DNA of 64,000 nucleotides from Eubacteriales bacterium (GCA_035449045.1 DAOTKC010000005.1:1596-65595), one strand, 5' to 3'; positions 44,673 through 54,253 are shown, counted from the stretch's first letter. Numbers and translations are program-made. The notes: generated by a model not told the origin, from the sequence alone.

Positions 44673-46586
44673 TCAGCCGAGCGTGAGCTGGACGGCATTC
44701 CGTTTGTCCACTATGGTGCCCGCTGCGGGATATTGCGCCGTAACGGTCGAGCCTTCGCCGTCGGTTTCAAGGTAAAGCCCGAGGCTGCTTAAAGCCTTTT
44801 TGGCCTCGCTTAAGCTCATTCCGATAAAGCTCGGCAGCGCGAAAGGCTTGCCGATGGTATCCTTTTCACCCTCCGAAAAATGCGGAATGCTTCCGAAATA
44901 GGAGAGCGCGCCTTTAAAAATTTCGCCGACGAGGGGAGCGGCGACGACGCTTCCGTAGTAAGCGCCCTGCGGCTCGTCCACCACCAAAAGAATGGCGAGG
45001 TTACAGTTTTCCTCCATCACTATCCCTAAAAACGAGGAGATATATTTTCCCTGCGCAATAATGCCGTTTATGTATTTTTGCGCAGTGCCCGTCTTGCCCA
45101 TGATGTTATAACCGGGGATATACGACGCCTTGCCGCTGCCTTCCTTTACTACGCCGGCGAGAAGCGAGCGCATTATTTCGCTTGTCGAGGGTTTTATAAC
45201 TCGCCGCGATTCCACTCTGTTTGAAAACGACTCAACCTTTCTGCCGTCGGCGTCGCTTATTTCATATAAAAGGTGGGGCGTTACCGTGGTGCCGCCGTTT
45301 ACTGCTGCGCAGGATGCCGCCACAAGTTCAAGCGAGGTTACAGCGATTGCCTGCCCGAAGCCGATTCTGGCAAGGTCGACGTTTTTCACGTTCTCCAACG
45401 GTATGTATAGTCCGCTCGCCTCGCCCGACATATCTATGCCCGTCTTGGTGAAGGCGCCGAACGCCGAAAGATAGCCGTAAAATCTTGCCGCGCCCACCGC
45501 CATCGCGCTGTTCATAAAGACGACGTTGCAGCTTCCAAGGACGCCCTCGGCATAGCTGATACTGCCGTGGCCGCGGAATTTCCAGCAGCGTATCTTCTGC
45601 CCGTCAACAATATGGGAGCCGCCGCAATAAAAGCGGCTGTTTACGTTGTAGGCGCCGCAATCCAGCGCGGCGGAGGCAGTCAGGATTTTGAAGGTCGAGC
45701 CCGGCTCGTAGACATTGCTGACTATAGCGCTCTTGGAAGCGGTGAACAAGGCGGTCAAGTCGTTTCTGGGCACGTTATTTAGGTCGAAGGAGGGCGTTTC
45801 GGCCAGCGCGTAAATCTCGCCGTTCAAGGGATTCATCGCTATACAGTAGGCGGATTTTGCCGAAAACGCCGAGGCCGCCGCCTTGACCGCGCGCTCGCAG
45901 AGCCGTTGAATATAGTAGTCGAGCGTCGTCACGAGGTTAAGCCCCGATATCGCGGGCAGATAGGCCGTCGAGCCTTCCGCGAGCTCCCGCCCGATTAAAT
46001 CGGTCTCCGTCAGCACCATGCCGTTGACGCCTCGAAGGTATTCATTGTAGTAGCGCTCGAGTCCCGTCTGACCGTCGCCGTCGATGTTGGTAAAGCCGAG
46101 TAGCTGAGTCATGAAGTCGCCGTAAGGATAGTAGCGGAAGTTGTTTTCGGAATAATATATCCCGGTTGCGCCCGAATCTTTGAGCGCCAGCATCTTATCC
46201 TTCGACACGTTTTTTAAAATCGTGATTTCGGAGACGCGCTTTCCTTTGATTTTCTCCAAAATCTTGCCACGGTCCAGGCCGAGAACGGATGCGAGCGCGT
46301 CGGCCGTAGCCGTAACGTCCCTTACGGCGTTGGGGCGGACGAATACCGTATAGAGCGTCGATGTGTCGGCAAGCACGATGCCGTTGCGGTCGAGTATGGC
46401 GCCGCGCCGCGCCTGAAGCGGGACGTCGCGCATCCACTGCTCGAGCGCGCGCGTCTGCAGTTTTTCGCCCTCGACTATCATGACGTAGGCGAGCTTGCCG
46501 GCTACCGCGCAAAAAATAAAGGTTATCAGCAATAACATCGCCAATAACCTTCGCTTTGGTTGGTAATTATAATATTTATCTTTCAT
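44673..46586 (-). CDS. Class B penicillin-binding protein (FtsI/PBP2B/SpoVD-like) with one C-terminal PASTA domain
   Basis: TM anchor, then the transpeptidase motifs STFK, SCN and KTGTA, and a PASTA-like tail (LPSFIGMSLSEAKKAL). I place the start at the ATG at 46586. Confidence 0.9.
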   Translation of the reverse strand: MKDKYYNYQPKRRLLAMLLLITFIFCAVAGKLAYVMIVEGEKLQTRALEQWMRDVPLQARRGAILDRNGIVLADTSTLYTVFVRPNAVRDVTATADALASVLGLDRGKILEKIKGKRVSEITILKNVSKDKMLALKDSGATGIYYSENNFRYYPYGDFMTQLLGFTNIDGDGQTGLERYYNEYLRGVNGMVLTETDLIGRELAEGSTAYLPAISGLNLVTTLDYYIQRLCERAVKAAASAFSAKSAYCIAMNPLNGEIYALAETPSFDLNNVPRNDLTALFTASKSAIVSNVYEPGSTFKILTASAALDCGAYNVNSRFYCGGSHIVDGQKIRCWKFRGHGSISYAEGVLGSCNVVFMNSAMAVGAARFYGYLSAFGAFTKTGIDMSGEASGLYIPLENVKNVDLARIGFGQAIAVTSLELVAASCAAVNGGTTVTPHLLYEISDADGRKVESFSNRVESRRVIKPSTSEIMRSLLAGVVKEGSGKASYIPGYNIMGKTGTAQKYINGIIAQGKYISSFLGIVMEENCNLAILLVVDEPQGAYYGSVVAAPLVGEIFKGALSYFGSIPHFSEGEKDTIGKPFALPSFIGMSLSEAKKALSSLGLYLETDGEGSTVTAQYPAAGTIVDKRNAVQLTLG

Positions 46587-46616
46587 GTTGCCCCCCGCCG
46601 GGAGCAAGCAGGCGGC

Positions 46617-47255
46617 TTAATCGCCGAATAAGCTTGACAGCCCGTCGCAAAACTTATCGAACCAGTTTGTCGACTCGCTGTAATCATAGGGCGAGCCCTC
46701 GACCGACACTTCTACGTCGGAATATGCTTCCGATATCTCGACGGTTGCCTTGGGCGCGATGTCGGCGGCCGCCGCCCCCGTCTTGTTGAGCACTTCGGCG
46801 TTGACTATGATTAGGCTTGCAATGACCAGCGCCAAAATGAGATAGACCGCGAGTATCACCTTGCCTTGAAGGCTCATCTTGGTGCGTCTGCTGTTTTTTT
46901 CAAACCTCCGCGCGTTTCTGGTCGGCACGTCGTATTCTTCTTCATCGGCCGAGAAGGCGTTTTCCGAAAAGCGCTTACCCTTATAGTCGTCGGCAGTCAC
47001 ACGGTTGGGCGAAGTGTAGCTTAAGCGTTCCCAAAGATTGTCGCTGTTGTTTAAGGGACGGCGGGCGCTGCCCAAGCGGTCGGATAAACTCACATCGCGG
47101 CTGTCGGTCGCCGCTTCGCTTCTGAAATCCCTCGCGGAAAAGCCGAGCCTTTCGGCATATCCGTTTCTTGCCGCGTATAGGCTCTGCCTCTCGGCAAATC
47201 TGTCACGGTCAAAGTCGTATTCGGCGGCGATTTCTTCTCTTTTGAGCGTTACCAT
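46617..47255 (-). CDS. Hypothetical single-pass membrane protein occupying the FtsL slot of the dcw cluster
   Basis: About 212 aa from the ATG at 47255, which has AAGGAG 10 nt upstream. An Arg/Asp/Ser-rich, probably disordered N-terminal ~130 aa is followed by one TM helix (VILAVYLILALVIASLIIV) and a ~55-aa ectodomain with no obvious coiled coil. Confidence 0.6.
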   Translation of the reverse strand: MVTLKREEIAAEYDFDRDRFAERQSLYAARNGYAERLGFSARDFRSEAATDSRDVSLSDRLGSARRPLNNSDNLWERLSYTSPNRVTADDYKGKRFSENAFSADEEEYDVPTRNARRFEKNSRRTKMSLQGKVILAVYLILALVIASLIIVNAEVLNKTGAAAADIAPKATVEISEAYSDVEVSVEGSPYDYSESTNWFDKFCDGLSSLFGD

Positions 47256-47359
47256 CTTATTCACACTCCTTTTCTTTTATTCCTTATATTCCCTTGCTAA
47301 GCACCGATGTCATGTTCTTATGTTTTCTTTATTTGTTGCGCAAATCGCACTTTTATCTT

Positions 47360-48295
47360 CTAAATCCGTTCGATAATCCTAAGCTTTGCGCTTTCGGCAC
47401 GACTATTTGCTTTCATCTCTTCCTTGGTGGGAGTTATCGGCTTTTTGGTGAGCACCTTGGCTTGCGCCGTCTTACCGCAGGTGCATACGGGCATATTTGG
47501 CGGACAGACGCAGGGCGATTCCAGATATTTAAAGGCGTTCTTTATAATCCTGTCTTCCAGCGAGTGAAAGCTGATTACCGCCATCCTTCCGCCGACTTTG
47601 AGGGAGCGCGCCAAGCTCAGGACGGCGTCGTATAGTCCGCTCAACTCCTCGTTGACCTCGATTCTTATCGCTTGAAAGGTGCGCTTGGCGGGGTTGCCGT
47701 ATTTAAAGCGCGTCGCCGCGGGATATGCCGCTGTCACTATTTCGGCGAGTTCGGCGGTCGTAGCAATCGTCTTTTTATCGCGCGCCTTAACTATTCTCTC
47801 GGCAATCCTTCTCGCCAGCTTGTCTTCGCCATAGTCGCTTATTACTCTGGAAAGCTCGGCGAGCGGATATTCGTTGACTACGTTGAAGGCGGTAAGATAT
47901 TGGCTCGCGTCCATTCTCATATCGAGCGGCGCGTCTTTCATGTAGGAGAACCCGCGTTCGGCGTTGTCGAGCTGATAAGAGGATACTCCCAAGTCCAGCA
48001 GCACGCCGTCCAGCGCTTTGACCTGAAAACCGGCAAGTATTTTCTCGGCGTTCTTAAAGTCGTCGTGAGCGAAAATCACTTTATCGTGGAAGGGGCTGAG
48101 CCTCTCCGCCGCAAACATCAGCGCGTCGGCGTCCTTATCGACTGCGATTAACTTGCCGCTCGTAAGTTTGGATAATATGAGCTCGCTGTGCCCGCCGCCG
48201 CCCAAGGTGCCGTCAAAATAGACACCGTCGGCTTTTATATCGAGGCCGGAAATCACCTCGTTCGGCATAACGGGAGTGTGGGCGAAAGCAGTCAT
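47360..48295 (-). CDS. rsmH: 16S rRNA (cytosine1402-N4)-methyltransferase
   Basis: DGTLGGGGHS SAM motif and the FHSLEDRIIK motif. I prefer the start at the ATG at 48295 (MTAFAHTPVM, compare B. subtilis MFQHKTVL). The track ATG at 48331 would overlap mraZ by 35 nt. Confidence 0.9.
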   Translation of the reverse strand: MTAFAHTPVMPNEVISGLDIKADGVYFDGTLGGGGHSELILSKLTSGKLIAVDKDADALMFAAERLSPFHDKVIFAHDDFKNAEKILAGFQVKALDGVLLDLGVSSYQLDNAERGFSYMKDAPLDMRMDASQYLTAFNVVNEYPLAELSRVISDYGEDKLARRIAERIVKARDKKTIATTAELAEIVTAAYPAATRFKYGNPAKRTFQAIRIEVNEELSGLYDAVLSLARSLKVGGRMAVISFHSLEDRIIKNAFKYLESPCVCPPNMPVCTCGKTAQAKVLTKKPITPTKEEMKANSRAESAKLRIIERI

Positions 48296-48296
48296 A

Positions 48297-48743
48297 TTAC
48301 ATACCGTATTTTGCGAGGAGTTCGAAGCCATCCGAGAGCGTAACGGGATTCAGTTCGCCGCCCTGCTCCTCCTCGAGGCGTTCGGCCGCCCAGATTTCCA
48401 CTTTGTCGAACATTCCGACAAAGGTAATGTTTTTGTTGATTTTTGCAAACTTTTTCAAGGGCGCCGGCAACACAAACCTGCCCTGATTGTCTTCGGTGGG
48501 ATAGAAGGTGGAGCGCGCTATTTCTCTGACTATCTTATAAGCCTCGCGGTCGCTTTCGGGGACTTTCTTAAAGAGCTCGGTCTTTTCCTTAAATTTGGTA
48601 GCGGAATAAATTTCAAGACAGCCATGCGGCGAAGCGATAATGGCAACCTCGTCGTCGCCCAAAAGCTCTCTGAACTTGGGCGGTATTCTCATCCGCGATT
48701 TTTGGTCTAATTGGTGTTCTACGAACCCGGCCAGCTCTCTCAT
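48297..48743 (-). CDS. mraZ: Transcriptional regulator MraZ
   Basis: Two SpoVT/AbrB-like repeats (DQKSRMRIPPKFRE, DNQGRFVLPAPLKKF). I place the start at the ATG at 48743, which has GAGG upstream. The track start is a TTG. Confidence 0.88.
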   Translation of the reverse strand: MRELAGFVEHQLDQKSRMRIPPKFRELLGDDEVAIIASPHGCLEIYSATKFKEKTELFKKVPESDREAYKIVREIARSTFYPTEDNQGRFVLPAPLKKFAKINKNITFVGMFDKVEIWAAERLEEEQGGELNPVTLSDGFELLAKYGM

Positions 48744-48810
48744 TTTTTTGAACCTCGGTAAGCGCCCAAACAAAAAAAAATATTTACGGTTTTAGGCTTA
48801 GCTTAATAGT

Positions 48811-48838
48811 AACACGAAAAATGACCACTTGCAACCAC
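48811..48838 (-). promoter_or_regulatory. Putative MraZ operator (direct GTGGT repeats)
   Basis: The minus strand reads AAAGTGGTtgcAAGTGGTcatttttcGTGTT. Two GTGGT repeats lie exactly 10 nt apart and a degenerate third lies 13 nt further on, 68-95 nt upstream of mraZ. This resembles the published MraZ-box direct repeats (GTG[G/T]). Confidence 0.45.
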
Positions 48839-49092
48839 TTTTTATAAAATTTAAAAAAATTTTTTATTTTTTAGAATAAATCAATTTGTTAGAACGACAA
48901 AGTAATGCGGCATAATGCTAAAATCATAAAAATATATAGATTTTTGCCTGTAAAATGCAAAAATCAATGCTATTTCTTTATTGTTGGCCGCTAATTAAGG
49001 AATTTTGCCGCTATTCCCTGATTGTGGAATATTTTCCCTAAATTATTTGACGAACATTGATTTTCAGGCTTTTTCGCCGAATTTGTTTCAAC

Positions 49093-49124
49093 AAAAAAGC
49101 TTGCCGCGAGGCAAGCTTTTTTTT
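49093..49124 (-). terminator. Rho-independent terminator downstream of pnp
   Basis: AAAAAAGCTTGCC-gcga-GGCAAGCTTTTTTTT, with A/T tracts on both sides, so it could act bidirectionally. Confidence 0.85.
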
Positions 49125-49156
49125 GTTTAAATGATTTTCAGCAACTAAGCGAATAA

Positions 49157-51259
49157 CTAGTCGGCTTTCTTTAAAACTTTGATGAGCCTTAAGTCGATTC
49201 TGTTTTTCTCGTCGACCTTGATTACTCTCGCCGCCACTATGTCGCCGATGTTGACGACGTCGGTCACCTTGTCCACTCTGTCCTTGGAGAGCTTGGAGAT
49301 GTGGATCATGCCGTCTTTGCCGGGAGCGAGATTGACGAAGGCGCCGAACTCCAGAATGCGGACAACCGGACCTTCGAAAGTATCGCCGATTTCGGGGTCT
49401 TTGACGATTGCCATAATAATTTTCTTAGCTTTTTCAATCTTTTCGATATCGTCGCAGGCGATGAACACCATGCCGTCGTCGGAAATGTCAATCTTGACGC
49501 CGGTGTCATCGATAATCTTGTTGATGACCTTGCCGCCGCTACCGATGACGTCGCGAATCTTATCGGGATCAATGGCGAAGGATACGATTTTGGGCGCGTA
49601 TTTGGAGAGCTCGGGACGCGGCGCGGGCAGAACCTCCAGCATTTTGCCGAGGATATGGAGCCTGCCGACTCTTGCCTGCTCCAGCGCGGTCGTAAGAATG
49701 TTCTCGTCGATGCCCTTGATTTTGATATCCATTTGGATGGCGGTGATGCCTTCGGCGGTGCCTGCCACTTTGAAGTCCATATCGCCCAAGAAGTCCTCAA
49801 GACCTTGAATATCGCTGAGCACGGCGACTTTTTCTTTGCTTTCGTCTTTGATGAGGCCCATCGCTATGCCGGCTACGGGCGCTTTTATGGGAACGCCTGC
49901 GTCCATGAGCGCAAGCGTGCTGCCGCATACGCTGGCCTGAGAGGTGGAGCCGTTGGAGCTCAAAATTTCCGACACCGTGCGGATGGCGTAGGGGAATTCC
50001 TCTTCGTTAGGAAGCACGGGCTCGAGCGCGCGCTCGGCGAGCGCGCCGTGGCCTATTTCGCGGCGGCCGGGGCTCATCATGCGCTTAGCCTCGCCGGTGC
50101 TGTAGGGCGGCATATTGTAGTGATGCATATAGCGCTTGGCGTATTCCTCGTCGAGGCCTTCGAGCTTCTGCATTTCGCTTATCGTGCCGAGAGTGGCGGC
50201 GGTCAACGCCTGCGTCTGTCCTCTCGTGAAGACGGCGGAACCGTGAACACGGGGTAACACGCCTACTTCGCACCATATCGGGCGGATTTCGTTGAGCTTT
50301 CTTCCGTCGGGACGGACGCCCTCGTTCAAAATCTTGGCGCGGACTTTTTCTTTCTTAAGACTGTAGAGAATGTCACCGATATATTTGTTTTTTGCGGGAT
50401 ATTCCGCAAAATCCTCGGCGAAATGCGCTAAAACGTCTTTGGATATTTCGTCCTCGCGCTTCTCGCGTTCGGCGCGGTCGAAGGTCTCCAGCATATAGTC
50501 AACTTTGGCCGAGGCGTAAGCGCGAACGGCGGCGTCAACTTCTTCGGGAATCGGTTCGGCCGTGATGTTCTGCTTGGGAACGCCGATTTCGGCGGCGATT
50601 TTCTCGATGAACGCGACTATTTTCTTAATTTCTTCGTGGCCGAACAGAATGGCGCCCAGCATTTCCTTTTCGGTAACCATATTGGCGCCCGCCTCAACCA
50701 TCATGATGGCATCCTTGGTGCCGGAAAGGTTAAGTTGCAGACGGCTTTTGGCGCGCTGCTCGTTGTCGGGGTTGATTACATACTTGCCGTCAACCAAGCC
50801 CACGACGACGGAGCCGGTCGGGCCTGCCCAAGGGATATCGGATATCGAAAGCGCGATTGAGCTTCCCACCATGCCCCAAACCTCGGGAGGAATGTTGGTG
50901 TCGACGGACATCGCTGTGGCGACGACGGCGACGTCGTTGTAAATCCCTTTGGGGAACAGCGGTCTGATGGGACGGTCGATGAGCCGCGAGGTCAGAATAG
51001 CCTTGTCGCTGGGACGCCCTTCCCTCTTTTTAAATCCGCCGGGAATCTTGCCGACGGCATACATCTTTTCTTCAAAGTCCACGCCGAGCGGGAAGAAATC
51101 CAACCCTTCTCTCGGTGCCTTCGACATTGTTACGTTGGTTAAGACAACCGTTTCGCCGCACCTGATTAAGCACGATCCGTTCGCTTGTCCGCAATACGCC
51201 CCCGTTTCCACGGTCACGGTCCTGCCGCCTATTGTTGTTTCAAAAATTTTTCTGTCCAT
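49157..51259 (-). CDS. pnp: Polyribonucleotide nucleotidyltransferase (PNPase)
   Basis: 700 aa with two RNase PH domains, KH (VIGSGGKVINKI) and S1 (GPVVRILEFGAFV). Confidence 0.97.
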   Translation of the reverse strand: MDRKIFETTIGGRTVTVETGAYCGQANGSCLIRCGETVVLTNVTMSKAPREGLDFFPLGVDFEEKMYAVGKIPGGFKKREGRPSDKAILTSRLIDRPIRPLFPKGIYNDVAVVATAMSVDTNIPPEVWGMVGSSIALSISDIPWAGPTGSVVVGLVDGKYVINPDNEQRAKSRLQLNLSGTKDAIMMVEAGANMVTEKEMLGAILFGHEEIKKIVAFIEKIAAEIGVPKQNITAEPIPEEVDAAVRAYASAKVDYMLETFDRAEREKREDEISKDVLAHFAEDFAEYPAKNKYIGDILYSLKKEKVRAKILNEGVRPDGRKLNEIRPIWCEVGVLPRVHGSAVFTRGQTQALTAATLGTISEMQKLEGLDEEYAKRYMHHYNMPPYSTGEAKRMMSPGRREIGHGALAERALEPVLPNEEEFPYAIRTVSEILSSNGSTSQASVCGSTLALMDAGVPIKAPVAGIAMGLIKDESKEKVAVLSDIQGLEDFLGDMDFKVAGTAEGITAIQMDIKIKGIDENILTTALEQARVGRLHILGKMLEVLPAPRPELSKYAPKIVSFAIDPDKIRDVIGSGGKVINKIIDDTGVKIDISDDGMVFIACDDIEKIEKAKKIIMAIVKDPEIGDTFEGPVVRILEFGAFVNLAPGKDGMIHISKLSKDRVDKVTDVVNIGDIVAARVIKVDEKNRIDLRLIKVLKKAD

Positions 51260-51384
51260 TTATACCTCCAACACGGGCCGAACGGCCCTAATTATCACAC
51301 TCGCCCTTTCGGGCATATTTTTTATATCCTTTTTTATTATTACCTAGTTAAGTTCGAGCCGCCTGCGGCTTTATTCACAGATAT

Positions 51385-51531
51385 TTGTTATTAATTATTA
51401 GTTTTTCATTCGGCGATAGCCGTTTTCGTTCGGCGCTTTTGCGCCGTTTATCCGCCGTTTTTCGTTTTTCGTTGAGCGTTGAGCGTTTTATGTTCGGCGC
51501 AAGCCGCTCGCCGAACATAGTTATTATTAGC
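51385..51531. repeat. Family 1 dispersed repeat (copy D) in the rpsO-pnp spacer
   Basis: TTATTAATTATTAGTTTTTCATTCGGCG...CGTTTTCGTTCGGCGCTTTTGCGCCG...GTTTTTCGTTTTTCGTTGAGCGTTGAGCG...TGTTCGGCGCAAGCCGCTCGCCGAACA. Confidence 0.8.
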
Positions 51532-51607
51532 TAAACTAAGCCTAATAATAAGAAGATTTTATTTGGAATAACCAAAACGGAAGCGCAAAAAAAGCGGATT
51601 ATAAACT

Positions 51608-51640
51608 AAAATCGGGGCGACAAGCCCGCCGCCCCGATTT
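51608..51640 (-). terminator. Hairpin terminator downstream of rpsO
   Basis: AAATCGGGGCG-acaagcccgc-CGCCCCGATTT, followed on the minus strand by TAGTTTAT. Confidence 0.6.
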
Positions 51641-51648
51641 ATTTAGTT

Positions 51649-51912
51649 TTATCTGCGCAAATTCAATGCCTGAATTATGGCTCTGTAGCGTTCGATGTCT
51701 GTGCCCTTGAGATAGTTCAAAAGATTTCTTCTCTGTCCTACCATCATGAGCAGCCCGCGTCTGGAGTGAAAATCCTTCTTATGTGACGCCAAATGTGCGT
51801 TGAGCGCCTCTATCCGGTCGGTGAGAAGGGCGATTTGCACTTCGGGCGAGCCGGTATCACCCTCGTGACGGGCAAATTTTTTGATTATTTCCGATTTAGA
51901 CATATTATCCAC
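51649..51912 (-). CDS. rpsO: 30S ribosomal protein S15
   Basis: 87 aa with the [13 protein letters not shown]...[12 protein letters not shown]...RR pattern. GTG start 11 nt after AGGAGG. Confidence 0.95.
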   Translation of the reverse strand: MDNMSKSEIIKKFARHEGDTGSPEVQIALLTDRIEALNAHLASHKKDFHSRRGLLMMVGQRRNLLNYLKGTDIERYRAIIQALNLRR

Positions 51913-52153
51913 TGCAATAAAAACCTCCTAGGACGGATAACAAATTCGCGATAAACAAAGTAAAGCCACCGGAAAATTGGCAAAACCTTGTAAAACGCAC
52001 GCGATTATATTAACACAAACAAAAAATTATGTAAACCGTTTAAAGCCCCTCGCGCCCTCTAATAGTATTGTTTTTTAACTTTTTTTATAATATCAACAAC
52101 TTATAGTATAATGCCGTTCTTTTGAGATTTTTCTTAAGTTTTCTCCGAATAAA

Positions 52154-53596
52154 TTATTGGTTGCGGTATTGGCGCCAAAACTCCGCTTTCTTTTGGGCTA
52201 TTTCGTCAAAACGGTTGATATAGTCTAAAACGCCCTTGAAATTGGGCTGGCGTTCGATGCGGTATTCGGCGGGGAAAATCCGCTTCCCTATCGCGCCCGC
52301 GCCCGCGGCTATAATGGATGTGGTCTCTTCCATGATGTCGACGTTATATTTGCAGGCCTTTCCCTCTTTGGCATAGCCGACGTTTTCAAGATTTCCGCTC
52401 ATATATTTCTGGCGATACATATAATAAGGCCGATACCCCGCCGAAGTGAGCGCGCGATATGAATAGTCTATCATCTCGGCAGTCTGTTCCGCGCTTAAGG
52501 CGGCGCCCGACTGCTTGAGTTCGGAGCCCCGCTTCAACGAGAGTGTATGCACCGTAATATTTTCGGGCGCAAGCTCCACGGCCTTGTCGACCGAAGCCTT
52601 GAAATCCCCCAAAGTTTCACCGGGAAGGGCGGCAATCAAATCCATGTTAATATCGAACATTCCTTTGGCGAGCTTATACGCCTTCAATATGTCGGCGGCG
52701 GTATGGTTGCGGCCGATTCTAAGAAGCGTGGCGTCGTTGAAGGTTTGAGGGTTTATAGATATGCGAGTGGCGCCCGCGCTCTTTAAAAGATTGAGCGTCC
52801 TTTTATCCAAGGTGTCGGGGCGTCCCGCCTCCACTGTAAACTCGGACGCCCTAAAATCGGCCGCCGAAAGTATCTCCTTCAGCAAAACAGTAGGAAGCGA
52901 AGTGGGCGTTCCACCGCCGAAATAAAGGCTTCGAACCTCAAAATTATTCTCACTTATTATGTTTTTGATAATAGAGAGTTCTTGAATAAGGCAGTTTTTA
53001 TAACTCTTTAGGTATTTTTCGTGCTTATTTATCGGCACCGAGACAAATGAGCAATATGCGCAGCGTGTCGGGCAAAACGGTATGTTGACAAATACATCGA
53101 CCTCTTTTTCCGACTTGGATTTTATCTTTTCCTGCTCTTCGACTATGGATTTTATCAAGAGCGCCTTGTCGCGGCTGACCGAGAAGTTCTCGGTGAATAT
53201 CTCAAAGGCGCGGCCGGTGCCGCTCAAATCGTAGTAGAGTTTAGTGGGGCGAATTCCGGTCAGTGCGCCGTAAGGGAGGGAAACGCCGGTCAAGAATTGA
53301 AGCGTGCGGTATAAGGCAATTTTCAAATAGCGTTTTTCGAGGCGCTTTAAAATAATTTCGGGCGTGCCGCCGAGCGCCTTTCCCTCATAAGCTCTCTCCT
53401 CGTCCGAAACATAAAAGCTGTAATACTTTTTGAAATTTTGGAATTTGTCCGAAATAAGCTCCGCCCAAAGCTCGTTCTTGCCGTTCCAGCCGCCCGTAAG
53501 ATAAAGAGAAAAATTGTCCGCGGTAAGCGGCAAAAACTCACGCACGAGCTCGCTCAGGTCGTTTTCATAATTTTTAAAGGTCGTTTCAAAGGTCAT
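52154..53596 (-). CDS. hemZ: Radical SAM coproporphyrinogen-dehydrogenase-like protein (HemZ/HemN family)
   Basis: CPTRCAYCSF radical-SAM cluster motif in a ~480-aa HemZ-type architecture. I place the start at the ATG at 53596, just after the stop of the upstream gene. Confidence 0.75.
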   Translation of the reverse strand: MTFETTFKNYENDLSELVREFLPLTADNFSLYLTGGWNGKNELWAELISDKFQNFKKYYSFYVSDEERAYEGKALGGTPEIILKRLEKRYLKIALYRTLQFLTGVSLPYGALTGIRPTKLYYDLSGTGRAFEIFTENFSVSRDKALLIKSIVEEQEKIKSKSEKEVDVFVNIPFCPTRCAYCSFVSVPINKHEKYLKSYKNCLIQELSIIKNIISENNFEVRSLYFGGGTPTSLPTVLLKEILSAADFRASEFTVEAGRPDTLDKRTLNLLKSAGATRISINPQTFNDATLLRIGRNHTAADILKAYKLAKGMFDINMDLIAALPGETLGDFKASVDKAVELAPENITVHTLSLKRGSELKQSGAALSAEQTAEMIDYSYRALTSAGYRPYYMYRQKYMSGNLENVGYAKEGKACKYNVDIMEETTSIIAAGAGAIGKRIFPAEYRIERQPNFKGVLDYINRFDEIAQKKAEFWRQYRNQ

Positions 53597-53603
53597 GGCG
53601 CGC

Positions 53604-54233
53604 CTAACGGTTAGATTTGAGTTCGTATTTAATGGGATTCCCTCGGCGTTCAAAATCCAGCTCCGAGGGCTCGCCGTGGCCGGGATAAATTTTATAGTTT
53701 CCTTTAAGGTTGAAAATTTTATTATAGATGCAATTTATCAACTTTTCCATGCTGCCGTCGTGAAAGTCGGTGCGACCGAAATCAAGTTTGAATAGCGTGT
53801 CGCCCGTAAATAGCGCGTCCTCTGCCAAATAGCAGACGCTGCCCGCGCTGTGCCCCGGCGTGTGAATAACCTTAACCTTAATTCCCGCAATAGAAAGCGT
53901 TTCGCCGCCAATAAGCGTCATGTCGGCTTTCAGCTTATTTATTTTTTCGTCGAAAAACACGCCGTAATTTTTATAGGTATAGAGCTTGTCAGCGTCGTCG
54001 CGGTGAATAATAACCTGAGCGCCCTCCGCCTGAAAAAACTTCGCGGCGTTTATGTGGTCGAAATGCCCGTGCGTCAAAAGCACGGCCTCGATTTTGACCT
54101 TTAAGTCGGCGGCGGCCTTTTTAATTTTTAAGTAATCGGCGCCCGCATCCACCAAAAAGGCGCGGGAGGCTTCCCCCGTTATTAAATAGGCATTTGAGCG
54201 GAACGCTCCCACTTCAACGGTTTTTATGTTCAT
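53604..54233 (-). CDS. MBL-fold metallo-hydrolase
   Basis: 209 aa with the LLTHGHFDH motif and HTPGHSAGS. Confidence 0.85.
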   Translation of the reverse strand: MNIKTVEVGAFRSNAYLITGEASRAFLVDAGADYLKIKKAAADLKVKIEAVLLTHGHFDHINAAKFFQAEGAQVIIHRDDADKLYTYKNYGVFFDEKINKLKADMTLIGGETLSIAGIKVKVIHTPGHSAGSVCYLAEDALFTGDTLFKLDFGRTDFHDGSMEKLINCIYNKIFNLKGNYKIYPGHGEPSELDFERRGNPIKYELKSNR

Positions 54234-54253
54234 GAATTGTTGATTTTCCTAAT

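Noticed and set aside
49301-50257. 318-aa plus-strand ORF, along with other long plus-strand ORFs at 49179..49808, 7880..8401, 5818..6438, 42607..43122, 19848..20414, 23759..24394 and 11449..12108
   Set aside because: All lie antisense to strongly supported conserved genes (pnp, nusA, infB, mraY, CT subunit, scpB, S1). Their translations are low-complexity (Gly/Ala/Arg/Leu-rich) with no recognisable motifs. They are typical shadow ORFs of GC3-biased genes.
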